64,000 nucleotides of DNA from Octopus bimaculoides (Eukaryota). The DNA lies in contig NC_068998.1 in the NCBI RefSeq assembly GCF_001194135.2, positions 14,970,460 through 15,034,459 of the forward strand. The letters run 5' to 3'. Under the pieces are notes generated by a model, which was given only the letters and a program-made list of their open reading frames with translations, had not been told where the DNA came from and made no database searches. This document shows positions 41,075 through 54,527 of this stretch, in pieces (positions within the stretch are counted from its first letter, which is position 1; each line of letters starts with the position of its first letter). The position numbers and the translations under genes are program-made.

Positions 41075-41299
41075 GTATAAGAAACTTTGTTTCAACCAGC
41101 ATTAACAGGCTTAGGGGTGCAAGGCAAAGGAGAAAAAGGGGTGAAAATATACTGCCTGCACTGACCTATATTCCTGATACTTGCAACATCTGCGGACTTC
41201 TTTGAAATCGTTGGTGTGACTCAAAGGTTACATTCGATATAAGCATTATTACTGACAAAGGTTGTCGGATCCTCATATCGTATGAGTCCATCATATATA

Positions 41300-41494
41300 C
41301 GAGGGGGTGCTGAAATTTTCCTGGCTTTAAAGGGCACGAAATGCCTGGTTTGAGGCACAACCTTCCGAGTTCTTTCACAGGGCTTAGAAAAACTGAAGGG
41401 CCGCTGCAATAAGTGTTAGAATCTTAGAGAGGAATATATTGAATAAAATCATAATTAACTGATCCTCTTGTATTTTCTTTTCAGCAGTCCCTCG
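41300..41494 (+). mobile_element. Mariner-derived non-autonomous element (MITE) with both TIRs and TA TSD
   Basis: ta|cgagggggtgctgaaa ... tttcagcagtccctcg|ta; internal remnant similar to the mariner C-terminus (GLRKLKGRCNKC..LRGEYIE). Confidence 0.85.
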
Positions 41495-43444
41495 TATGCA
41501 TATATTTATATGTTACTCATTTACTTCTTTCATTTAATATACACAGCAGTCATACATGCTAGATCACAATCTAGAACAAAATACGAAAAAATACCAAAAA
41601 AGTTTATCAAATCGACCTCAATACTTATTTCAGGCTGGAAATATCTTAGTTCATATTTACAGTTGGCGATAGAAAATTTCAAAGAACATACACGGTCATA
41701 CACATATATATGAATACATGATGCAGTTTACTTCAACTGAATTCTATTTACAAAGTATTGGATAAACTGATGTTACAGAAAAATATACTTTCGCAATGTG
41801 TCCGGCTAGGGGTGGATCGAACCCGGTCTTACGTCTTTGTGAAGCCACTTTCTTAAATACTGTCATGTCTGTTGCTATCTACTAAACATATTCCATTGTT
41901 ATTTTTAAACTATCTAATGTAAAATTTGAGATTTCTTGCACTGTTCACAATTTGTGATATGGTTTCATCTGACATTCGTAGAACAGAATGTGCAAATCAT
42001 TTAGAAGATTAGAGAAAAAGAAGAATGGTTGATTTTAAAATAATGATAAATCGTATACAATTTAAAATTGATATTTTAATAGATAGTTACTAATTTTTCT
42101 AATTCATATGTAACATCAGAATCTCATTAACCTTTTGAAAAGACATTTCTCTTTCATTTGAATAATTAATAAAGCGATTAATAATTAATTCTGTAAAACT
42201 TAATTCTGTAAAAATAAATACTCAAAATTAAATTGATTTACTAAGAATTTATCAGTAAACGACTGATGTTCTTATGTGCCTTCTATTGGTTAATAGGACT
42301 AAGAAATGGAATCGTGTTACTGTTGTTGTTAACCCCAAGTCTGATGAAAGATGTTCCAGCCGTAACAGTTTCATCTTTTCATGGCTTTACGGTAATGTAA
42401 AATGACATTATCATTAGCCAATGAGTCCTTCCCTAATATTCGTTTTATTTTCCTTGTGAATTAGCAAAATAAGGGCAACACGTAACCCTTTTCAGTGATT
42501 CCAAGACTGGCAGGAAAGGTGGTAGAAGTTATCGTCAGACCGGAGATCTGCCCTAAATGCTTGAATCTATCATAATCAGCAGAATTCTTGCTCGCATCTC
42601 GAGTGCTTAAAAGTTTCACTTTCTCTTTAAATCATTAGAGGGACTTACATACGAAATGTTAAATGATGTAACGTGTCCGAGAGACATTCCACTCCATGTC
42701 AAGTTTAGCATCATTTTCAAGATTACGCGAGATGAACCTATGCATAACCATTTTTAGTTATGCTGAGTGCTTCTTTTCTATTCTAATGGTATACGATAGT
42801 AGTGGAGTTGTACGAACGTAAGTAATTTTTTAGGGGTTTGCTACCATTCCTTAGTACTCTAGGATTAGGTTGATGTAATTGCTTTCTGCTTCCCTTGTTT
42901 AGCAGATACTGATGATATCATACAACATTCGGAGAATGAATGGGCTAATTTTAAAATTCTTCTTCAGAATTTGTTTCTGAGATACAACCTGTCAATATTC
43001 CTATATCTCTGCAATCTTCCAACTGATATCATAAATTTGTGTGCGTTTATATATGTGTATGTGTTTTTATATGTGAACGCTCATACTACTGTTTACTTTT
43101 ACATATTTATACATTTGTTTCCCGATATCTTGGCTATAAATTCAAAACGTTCTAAAAGGTTTGTGAATTATCACTCGCGTGCATAGATTCAATTGAATTA
43201 CTAACTGCACTAAACATTGATTCAACAAGGTTTAAACTAGTTTTCACGTAATGCTTACATGCAAAAGCAGCCAAATAAACCTTTTCTTACCCCCTACAGT
43301 TTTCTTTTTATTTTTTGCCTTTTTTTTTTTTTTGCTTGTGAGGAGATAAATAACAGAGTAACATTAGTGAAAAGTAACATTAATAAAAAAGTAAAGAATA
43401 CAACTTCCATTATCTGCATTCGAGAAAAAAGCGGGGGGGATAAT

Positions 43445-44395
43445 GGTGAGGAGCTGATAGCAGCAGAGTGCTGGACAAAATGGTTTACATTATATAAAAT
43501 GACCTCTGGTAGTGATCGGGAAGAATGGTAAAAGTGTTGGGTAAAAATCTTAACCTGATTTCGTCCGACTCATTATTTTCTGAGTTCAAATTCCACCGAG
43601 GTCGATTTTGGCTTTCTGTTCTTAACAGGGTTGCTAAAATAAGTACGGGTCAAGTACTGGGATCACTGTAATTGATTTTCCCAACTACTGTCAAAATAGC
43701 TGTCTCGTGCCAAAATTGGAAATAATTGTTTATAATATCTCACCATGTCTCTATTCAAATATCACGATAACCCAAATTTTCTCATGTTGCCCTGTTATGA
43801 TTCTATTCACATCAAGGATCCTTTAAAAGAATCGAACTCAGTATTTAAGTGGTATTTTATTTTATTGAATCCCAGAGGATTAAAATAGAAACGGACCTCA
43901 GCGGGGTTTGAACTCATCATAAAGAGACGTAAGTAAATATTGCTTTCACATTTTGGCATAAGACAAGCAATTCTGAGGGAGGGGGTAAGTCGATTTCATC
44001 AACCCCAGTGCTCAACTGGTTCTTACTTTATCGACTCAGAAAGGACGAAAAGTAAAGTCGACCTCGGCGGAATTTGAACTTAAAACGTGAAGAGGACAAT
44101 GTGCCGCTATGCATTTTGCCGGTATGCTAAGGATTCGGCCAGCTCACCGCCTTACTTCTACTAAATATTGGTTTCAAACTTTCGCACAATGCCAGCAATT
44201 TAGGGGAGGAAGTAAGTCGATTACATTGCCTCAAGTGCTCAACTGCTACTTGTTTTATCGACCTCGAAAGGCTGAAAGGCAAAGTCGACCTTGACGGAAT
44301 TTGAACTTAGTAGCGACGGACGAAATGCCACTGAGCATTTTTCCCGGCATGCTAGCCATTCTGCCAGCTCGCCGGCTTACTTCTGCTAAATATTG
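43445..44395. mobile_element. SINE family A cluster: one + copy (43445-43720), one - fragment and two tandem - copies (43945-44153, 44172-44376)
   Basis: Repeated core aaagtcgacctcggcggaatttgaact; 20-bp flanking repeat at 44151-44170 and 44376-44395. Confidence 0.85.
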
Positions 44396-45449
44396 CAAAC
44401 ATTTTACTAAATAATCCCTTGTCTCTGCCAATGGATTGAATCGGGTATAATCCTCCTCTGTATATACTATTTCTTGTTCCCATGTAGTGTATCCTTATTT
44501 GTAGCCGAAATCAACGGTTCCCAAACTGATGGAAAGCGTCCACAAAGAAAGTTGTGGGGTACTGAAGCCGTATTCAAAATTTTTAAAAGGAAAGCTATAG
44601 TTAGATACATTAAAACCTGAAACTGAGAAAACAATTGTGTCGCTAATTAATGATATCGGATTGGGAATAGACATGCATTTCAAAACTTGGGATCCATGAT
44701 ACTGAAAATGTTGTGGGATCCATGATAGTGAAAATGAAAATGTGGATGGTGGAGTTACTATAGAAAATTATCGATGGTTCAGATGAGCGTTTTCGGTGCC
44801 AAAGTGAGTTCAACACCGGGTATGACGATTAACATTTAGAGCGCCGATTCACTAGCTTTGGACTCATGAAATTAACGCGCAAAGAGCAGAAAATTTCACT
44901 AACGTGTGTGGGCACTTTCCTATTATCGACATTCAATTTTATTTTTATTTACAAATGCATTGGTAACTAAAATATCACATTGGTGAAACCAGTGTAATAG
45001 TTGAGCAACAGACTTTTGGTATAGCTATTCCTACCTCATGGAGAAAAGTGTTCAGAATTAAATGACAAAAAAATGTAAAGAATTAAATGTTTTGCATAAA
45101 ACATTTTTTCACTCACCCAATTCCTTGCCTTTTTCCTTCCTCATAAAATAGTGATAGCTATTCTGAAAGTCCTCCAATCAACTGTTACATCCGTCAGACG
45201 AATGTAATAGTTTATTCACTAATCCTTTAGTAAATAACAAAAAAAAAAGATTGACTACCGATATTAGGAACATTTTCCATGTATATCCGTAAAGGCAATT
45301 TCTACGTCGAGTCCGCATGAAATAAGGAGGCACGGCAGAACGTTTGAATTACTAGTACAAACTATAGAGAGAGAAGAAGAAGAAGAAGAAGTGCTGAACC
45401 AACCCTATTGCTGAACCGGTATTTGAATTAGCTACTTCAAATACCGGCC

Positions 45450-45951
45450 CCAGTGTCAGACCGTCAATCAAGAGTTCTACTGCAACGTTTTCAAGCGTCT
45501 GAGGGTGGACACTGAGCGAAAGCGACCATATCTGTGGAGCCGAAGAATTGGATACGTCACGACGAAATGCACCCTGTCACGACGAAATGCACCCTGTCAC
45601 GATGAAATGCACCCTGTCACCGAGCTCTCCTCACTCGTGAGTTTCTCGCCAAAAACATGGTAGTGCTTCCGCACCCACTTTATTCGTGAGATGTAGCACC
45701 TGCGGACTTCCATCTCTTCTCCAAGGCGTCAATGCTTCTCAAAGGTCGCCGTTTTAACATCGTAGTCGGCATCCAGAGAAAATCGCAGGTGTTCGACTCA
45801 CTTGGAGAAAACGACTACCAGGCCAGATTCCAAAAGAGGCAGGAACGCTGGGACCGGTGTATTGCTGCGCAAAGTCACTATTTCGAAGGAGACGAAGTTA
45901 AAACTTTTTCATTAAGCATAACACGTCCTCAGACATTTTGATACCACCTCG
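45450..45951 (+). mobile_element. Mariner transposase C-terminal remnant plus right TIR
   Basis: QTVNQEFYCNVFKRLR..KRP..W, HD.NAPCH, YS.D+APADFHLF, LKGRRF, QERWDRCIAAQSHYFEGD; ends ttttgataccacctcg|ta. Confidence 0.88.
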
Positions 45952-45961
45952 TATCCTATTT

Positions 45962-46155
45962 GAGGAGCTAACTGACAGAACCGTTAGCACGCCGGATAAA
46001 CAGTTTAGCAGTATTTCGATCGTCTGCATGGAAGTTGACTTTACCTTTCGTCGGTTCGGAGTCGATAAAATAAGTACCAGTTGAACACCGTGGTCGATGA
46101 TAACGTCTTACTCCCACCTCGTAATTTCTGGCCTTGTGCCAAAATTCGAAACCAA
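45962..46155 (+). mobile_element. SINE family A
   Basis: gaggagctaactgacagaaccgttagcacgccgg...gccttgtgccaaaattcgaaacc. Confidence 0.8.
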
Positions 46156-48122
46156 TAGAGTTATTCTATGTACCTTATTATTATTTTTTTTTGTGAAAAC
46201 GGTGTAGTTCCTTCATTTGCCTCTTCTTTCTTTTTCAATATTCACCAGTTTCTCTTGACTGATATGTTTGTCACAACCATCTTGTAATTGTTTTAGGTAT
46301 TACTATTTAACGTCTTTTTTCTTATATTTTCATATCCCACATGTATTGTGTTTTAATCCTATTCGAAATTGAGAATCTTCTTTCACATGTTACATTTTAA
46401 GCTCGAAACAATAACCTCGATTCCAACTTAGAATATCTTTAATCAAGACATACCAACACTGACAATCACATCTTTCAAATTTCTTATTGCTTAGTCAAAA
46501 GAAAGTAAAGGCAACGCTCAATAAACCTTTACTTTTTGGGGGGGGTGGGGGCTTCTGAGAAAGGTGGGGAAAAAAAGGATGTTATCTCGAAACTGAAACT
46601 TTACTTGAATAAATGCAACAGTAAACTCCACTAAAGGCAATCGGGTGTGATTTGAGGGAATTTGGCTTCTATTTCTAACAGTCTCAACTACCAAATAGAC
46701 GCCCTTTCATTATATGAAAATCCTTCTTTCAGTTATAGAAAGGAAGTGTAGTATGGACATGGAGTCAATAGTAACCATGATCACGTCTTGGAAGCGAAAT
46801 TGAGCACACTATTGACTTTAAATATTCAGGTTCTAAAAAGATTTTCGTATCTTATAATTCCTCTGTAGAATGGATAAGCTATGGTTTTGAAGGTCATCAT
46901 CTTGCATTCTATTTGTGGAGAATTTTCTAGCAAGTCGCATTATATCTTTGAGGTGTCACTTGTTTATAATTTTCAACTATTCATTATATGGGAAGAACAA
47001 AATACTTCAATATTCGAGTCGTTATCAAAACATATTAAAGGTTTTTGAATTTAGATATTATTTCTCGTTCAGCAAATTAGATATATTCTCCCATAAAATA
47101 TACTTCTATAATTATATACTTCTTAAATTATACTTCCATTATATATTTAATTGAATAGGATCAAGTTCGCTGGTGGGAAAGAAGCCAGTTTGAAATATTT
47201 TTAAATTTACTCCTTCAGCTATATATCAAATTATCGATATTGCTGGTAATGATTTACAATTGACAAAGGTTCTGCAATTGAGATGTTCGAGAAAAATTAC
47301 ATGATATTATTTATTGCAAGAGGAAAGAACATAAAAAAGAAGGGTAAAATACAACTACGTTTAGAAATATTCACGTAATATTTCATTGCAGAAATGCTAA
47401 TAATCGGTATTTCATTGGCTCATGGCAACCTAACTTTGATACAATAAGGGTAAAACTGTAATAGAAATCATGCTAATTTTTTAAAGTACTTTTATTATGT
47501 TATCTCTTCTAAAGATTACCGAGACCTGCTTATCGTGTCTAATAACATTATGAAGAGTCACGTCATTTTAAAGTTTTCAGATTGGGCCTAAACAGATGAG
47601 ATTTGTCGTTGTTGCTGTTGTATTGATGGTATAGTTATTGGTGCGGCTGTTGTCGTTATATTTTTGTTGTTACTATATAGCTTTGCTTCAAGTTAAGATT
47701 AACTACAACATATGAAATTTTCGGAATATGCTGAATAAGCTTTAGAAGTATAACTTACTGCTTCATGATATCCGACACAAAATACACGTCTAAACCAGTT
47801 TGAGCAGAGATAACAAAATTACTTTAAAACACTTGAACTAATTGGACTTTTGTTCTTTAACAATGGGTTCAATATTGATTGAACAGACCTCAGATCAATA
47901 ACGTTCCATCCGTGATTATTTTACAATTCTATTTCCAATACAATGTAACTACGACTATACTTGTCCAATGATTTCTTCTTTTCTAAGACGGCCTGTAATC
48001 TGAAGGCGGTTTGAGTGCTATTTCTAGTATTTCGAACTACTTACGTAGAGGCTCTCACGTTGGCTTAAATCTCGAATCAGTCAATGCTTTGGAACTAGAT
48101 ATTGCATACACACATACTCATA

Positions 48123-48191
<69 letters not shown>

Positions 48192-48871
48192 GTATGTATA
48201 TGACTTGCTAACGTGTTTTAAATCTGTAAAATGCAGTGAGCCATCAATTGGAGATTGAGTATATGAATCAATAAAACAACAACTGCACATAGACCAATAA
48301 TAGATATTGCTTTTTATCAGAAATACTTGTTTAGCCATTCCTTTTTCTTGCGCTTTAGGACTCATGACGTCGGTTACTCGTTTTGTACTTGAAATAAATT
48401 TGGGCATAGTGATGAAATTTACCATTCCTGATTATGATTACAGCAGATGTTTCTGTAGCTAAATCATGCATGCAGAGAAATACCGGAAAACTATCGATAG
48501 AAACATTGCTACAGTATTCTGCCGAGTATTGAGGTATTATCCATGATCAGGAAAAAATTCATCTTCATCCAGTTAATGACAATGCTTTAGAGTCTGACTT
48601 GAGGTTGTCCATTGTACGTGACATTGCTGCATCTTATAACAGTTCAGTTTATATCTTCACGTCACGTTACAAGCGAGAAAATATTGCAATGAAAAAGAGT
48701 TCCAGTGATCGCGCGACTGGCTCAAAGTAGCAGTGAAATCTCCTTCAAACTTCACTCATCTTGAAAATGTTTGAATATACAGACTAACCCATTCCTTGTG
48801 ATAATGTTCCAAGAAGGAAGCCAGAATTCTTACACATAGGATGCTTGACTGTACAAGAATAACGTTCGTCG

Positions 48872-49295
48872 AAGGCGCAGGCTTGGTTGTGTGGTTAAAA
48901 AGCTTTCGTCCCAATCATATGATCTTGGGTTTAGTCTCACTACATCGCACCTTGGGCAAGCGTCTTTTATTATAGCCCTAGGCCAACCAAAACCTTGGGA
49001 GTGAGTTTGGTAGACGGAAACTAAAAGCCTACCATATACGTGTGTAAGTGTGCCTTATTGTTTGTGCTGTATTTGTTCTCTCTGCCACACCACCAACGTT
49101 TGATAACCCGTGTTAGTTCGTTTACGTCAACGTAGCTTAACGCTTCAGTAAAAGAAAAAAAATGATAGAATACGTTCCAGAGTGAAAAATAAGTACTGCG
49201 GTCGGTTTATTTGACTAAACCCTTGAAGGCAGTGTCACAGCATGGCCGCAGTCCAGTCACTGAAACAAAATATAAGATTAAAAGATAAAAGATAG
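48872..49295 (+). mobile_element. SINE family B, full length
   Basis: Homologous end to end with 4345-4740. Confidence 0.85.
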
Positions 49296-50253
49296 AAGCG
49301 ACAAAACCAAACAATTTGATGAACAGTACAAATATCGATAGTCTAAATAACTAGAGAAAAATTGAAATAAGGTTCATCATAAATTTCGAGTCAACATTAT
49401 TTTGAAAAATAAATTAACAGGAGAACTTGATACACAAACATTTTATTTGCTTGGCAGATTATTTTTTAAATACTTAAGGGAACAGTATTTGTAATAAAAC
49501 CCCGTAAATCCACCATCTAACGAAACGGTAAGCTTTATTGATAAAACAATTTTAATTATACGGTAGCAATTTGCTCTGTGAAATCAACGGTTGCAAGCAA
49601 AATTACTTTTATTTCATTACTTTCTTAAATCTATATTTTTCACTAATGTTTTCTCGGTTTTAATGCGTCTTTTAAACAGCGAAACGCAAGCCGCTAATTG
49701 GTATTTGCATATAAAGAAAAATACCTTTATGAAATATTCTATTTTCCCTAACAAAATCTTGAATATTTCAACTGAAATTTTTCAACGTAAGATCACACAC
49801 ACAGACACACACACACAGACACACACACACATACATCGTACTTTGTGGTACTCACGATTCACTGTGTTATAAGATACTTTGAAGATTATCATGCATTTTC
49901 CAAGAAGCTAGTTGAGAATCGCAGGACAGTTCATGAGAAGAGCAACAAACCACCGAGTAGGTGACTATTTTTTTGCCATCTCGCTCAACGACAAGCAGAA
50001 GAATTCGATGGTGTTGCATGCTAATTTTGTCTTACAATAGTTATTTAGGCATTTAGTATGTGCCTGCCAGTCACTTGCCGGTCTTATGGATGGGGCTTTG
50101 ACGAGAATTTTTTTCCTAGAATTACATTTACAAAGATCAAGGTGCCTCTTCCGCTATGTTTCATCTACAAAGCCACAAAATACAATATATGCATACTTGG
50201 CCACACACACACACACACATAGATACGTACATGCATATATACATGTATACACA

Positions 50254-50292
<39 letters not shown>

Positions 50293-51926
50293 NNNNNNNN
50301 NNNNNNNNNNNNNNNNNNNNNNNNNNNNNNNNNNNNNNNNNATAGCCAAGCAGTGTTTAGGCATAAGCAAAGTTTAGGTTAGTTAAAATGTTTGTGACAT
50401 ATTTTCACAGCCAAAAGGTAAATTCACTGCAGTAGCCGTGAGGAAAAATTCCCTCTTATGGTAAAAAAAAGTGTAAAAACACACATCTACCCAGAGACGC
50501 CACCTGCCAGGCATACATACATACATACATACATACATACATACATACATACATACATACACACACATACATACATACATACACACATACATACATACAT
50601 ACATACATACATACATACATACATACATACATAAACTTAAATATATAAAAGAAACTTAGATAAAAAATAACATTTCAACTTGCTTTGATACCAATCTTCT
50701 TTCGGTTTCTCGCGAAGTAGTCGTTGGATTTTTGAACGCCAGGTTGCATTTCCTTGCACACAAGCTTGTATCAGCTGTCTTTTGCGCATCTTTCTGCAAT
50801 TAGTTACTGCAGTGGAAATATCACTCATCTGTCGTTATAAATTTTTCTCTCCGAATTTCCACTTGGATGAAGATAGTCAGATTATTGTAACAAACCGACC
50901 AAGCAAACCAGCGAAGCATGTCAACATTTAAAATTTAAGGTCAAAGCTGATAAACAAGAAGGATAAAGCAAGGTAAGATAATGTTGAATTAATGCCCATA
51001 ATATAATATTTATAATTACATGCAGCTACAGGAACGGAAGGAATAAAAAAGACAGCCATTATATAATAACAGCATATCAATATCACCAACTTCAAAAACT
51101 AACAACAGTTAACAAAAATTTGACATCATAACATTACAAAATTTGTAATGAAAGACAGTGCAACCACGACATAATGAAACACCAGAATAACAAACATAAT
51201 GATAATATAAAAACAATTATTGGAGCTATTTGCTGTTTCGGGGATGGAATTAATGCTTAATCATGGCTGCATTGAAGCGTCTATAAACTGTCAATAATAA
51301 AACAAGGTATTGATATGAAATTAAGCAAAAAAATTCGTCATAGAATTGCAAACTATGTGAAACAAAAACTATACAAATATTTTCAAACGAAAATGTCGTT
51401 TTCCAGAAGAAAAGGAAAAAAACTGTATATATATCAAAGTGCTTCAAGTTTAACTGATAGAGATAAAAACTGATACGGAAAAAAACATAAATGATAATTT
51501 AGTTTCCTTATTTATTCACATGATTGGCAGAATATAAACTTAGGTCCACCAGAATAACGATCCACTCATTACACTGTGTAATACGATTTTTGTCCTTGTG
51601 TAGCAACTGCTATTTCCTATTGGATTACCCCGAAAAAGTATGAAAAATGACTATTATCACTTCGTTTATAAATTAACGACCAATCACCTGCAATTCAACG
51701 GAATTGTTCCCCGAAGTCAAAATCGAAGAGCGAAAAGCATATCCACTTTCGGGTCTACTGGAAGGTATTCAGAATAAATATGTGCATCATTCTTGGGATT
51801 CTCACTATTCTGCATGTTACTATAAGGTTATATACATATATACATATGTTTGTGTGATTGTGTGTGTGTGTGTGTGTGTGTGTACGTTTCTACACACACA
51901 CACACACACACACATATTTACATATA

Positions 51927-51969
<43 letters not shown>

Positions 51970-52371
51970 ATGCGCTTGTGAGTGTAACATCTGAGTGAGA
52001 ATCGCTTAAGGCAGGGCCGAGTGTTGATGCTATTAAACAAGACCACAGATCCCAGCCGGCTACTCAAGAACAGGAACAATTTGTGCAGGAATTTCAGGTT
52101 ATCACTCACAGTGCTCGAGCGAAAGTGTTGAGAATGAGATCAAACCTGAAACTGCAAAATTTCAAAGGACTGTAACCGCACAGCCATCTCTGTACCTTGC
52201 TGATAACTACCATTCTTAAACATTTACTTTGGGGGAAAAGGAACCAATGAAGTCTACTGCGGTATGTATCTTGTCATTTTTGCTTTATTGAGCACGAACA
52301 TTTCGATCTGGGTGAGATTTGAACTCAGAATGTAATGGATCTTAACTAAAGCAGTAAAAAGCACTACCGCC

Positions 52372-52412
<41 letters not shown>

Positions 52413-53289
52413 GATTTATAACTTAGGCACATATACTCACACATGTTGGAGCGGAAAACATTCGATTATATCCACTTCCATTTTACCGATCTCTACACGG
52501 CGTATTTTAAAATCAGAACGTAAATTTAACTAAAACTAAACCATGCAATATATATTTTGTTTACCCAAATCACAGAAGTATACGTTCACAGGCATGCAGA
52601 AACATGCACATACACACACAAACATTTATATTTATATATTGACGTACCGCATTGATATTAGAACAAATGCTTTTGATCGTAAATACCATTTTATTTCAGA
52701 ACTGTTGTTTTCAGTGCAAAACTTGCCCATTTTCCCTACCGTCATTTAAATCATTTAATCGCCAATTCTGTTATGAATTTTATTTCTGCGAGCCTTTGTA
52801 CGTTATGTTTGAAATTATAATCATTATCTAAATTACAGAAAAGATCTTTGTCCTTAATATGTTTGATATTCCACTTGAATGTTGATGTTAGTGCATAAAA
52901 TATCTGCACACGGGGAAATGTTTATAGCCAGCTGATGGAAATGATAACAAAAGAAGAAACATAATTGCCTGCAGTTTTATTAAAGACCAACGCATCTTTT
53001 GATTAAATAACAAACTGAATGTATTTATATGATGAGATATATTAAATATAACACAAAAAAACGAATATTATAACAGAGAAATCTTCACATTAATTCAACA
53101 ACATTTTAGCAGAAAGGCTACAGTATTAAAATCCTAAGTTTTCGTTACGTGCGAGATAAACATTTAAAAACAGTGATGAAGATATATATATTCAAAGTTC
53201 CGTCAGATTTGAACTTGAAATGTTCTCTACCTTCTGTGATATTTTCGCTGTCTATACATGATATAATACAGTATTCATTATTAATTTAG

Positions 53290-54100
53290 CCATAAATTTG
53301 TGGGCGAGGGACCACCGATTATGTTCAGTCTGGTCCTTTATTGTATTAACATTAAAATGATGAAAAGCCAAGCTGATTCTGACGAGGTTTTAAACTCAAA
53401 ACGTTAAGAGCCGTAACAGGACCAGCAAGTTTGAAAGATAGAGATATTAGTCGATACAATCAACACCAGTACTTGACTCGTGCCCTGTTTTACAGATCCC
53501 GAATGGATGAAAACTAACGTTGGTCCCAGCAGGATTTAAATTCAGAATGTAGAGAGACGAAGAAAATGCATTACGTCCGACGCTCCAAATATTCTGCCAT
53601 TTCACTACACCTTACAGAAATGTGAACATTACTCTTTTCATTTTCTAACTTTATAATTGTTTCTAATCTAATGACAGGAAGAGCAATTTCTGAGAGAAGG
53701 AGAGTAGTCGATCACATCAACCCAAGTTCTACCCTGATACTCTGTTTTACCAACCTAGGAATGATGGAAGGTACTACTGATCTAAGTGGGATTTGAATTC
53801 AGAACGTAATAATCCAATACAAATACTCTAGTGCATTCTGTCCGACAATGCTGTGAACTGGAAGAATCGCTAGCATTCCTTCCGGCTCTTTACCTTCTGA
53901 GTTCAAATCCCACCGAGGTCAACTTTGCCTTTCATCGAGTCAAGTACTGGAGTCGATGTAATTGACTTGTCCCTCTCCCCTACAGGTTATTAGCTTTGAA
54001 CCTAGCAACAGACAGGCGTCAGCTCCACAGTTAATGTTGTGATCTCGTCACTTATACGCCATGGAAGCCGGGTAACTGGCTTTATGAGTCCTAGGGGTGA
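53290..54100. mobile_element. Pile-up of old SINE A fragments (three -, one +) and a SINE D 3' fragment
   Basis: Repeated degenerate ggatttgaattcagaacgta / gtcgatgtaattgact motifs. Confidence 0.6.
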
Positions 54101-54392
54101 AGTAAAATAAAACAATAAAATATCTTTCGGTCGTTTCAAAGACGCTGCCATTTCACTGTTCTGATACATGCTATATTAATTCTTTCTAACATTAATACTA
54201 ATGATTGTTTCACACATGCGCATACGTGAGACACGTGAGATAGAGAGTCGTTGGAGAGGTCATAGGATGTGTGACGAAAGATTTCAGACAAAAGTACACT
54301 AAAATAAGAATAGTAATAAAACTGAAGGGTTAATAAGCAAAAAAGTGTGTGTGGTTAATAGGCAAAAAATGTTACCATCCCCAAATATAACA

Positions 54393-54527
54393 ATATCTGC
54401 TTCCACACACGATTTCATATCAGGAATCTTGCAAAACAAATACATAAACGTTAAAATGTATTACAAGTTACGTTTATGAATTTGTGTTGCAAATTCCTGA
54501 TATGAAACCGTATATTGAAACAGATAT
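54393..54527. repeat. ~135-bp imperfect palindrome (two ~59-bp arms)
   Basis: 54393-54451 versus the reverse complement of 54470-54527: 7 substitutions and 1 indel. Confidence 0.85.

Noticed and set aside
45556-45620. Regular 20-bp repeats that could suggest an array
   Set aside because: Contiguous units with no unique spacers, lying within a mariner transposase remnant.
50637-50828. Minus-strand ORF MSDISTAVTNCRKMRKRQLIQACVQGNATWRSK...
   Set aside because: Short, weak splice context, a second frame is equally open, and no homology recognised.
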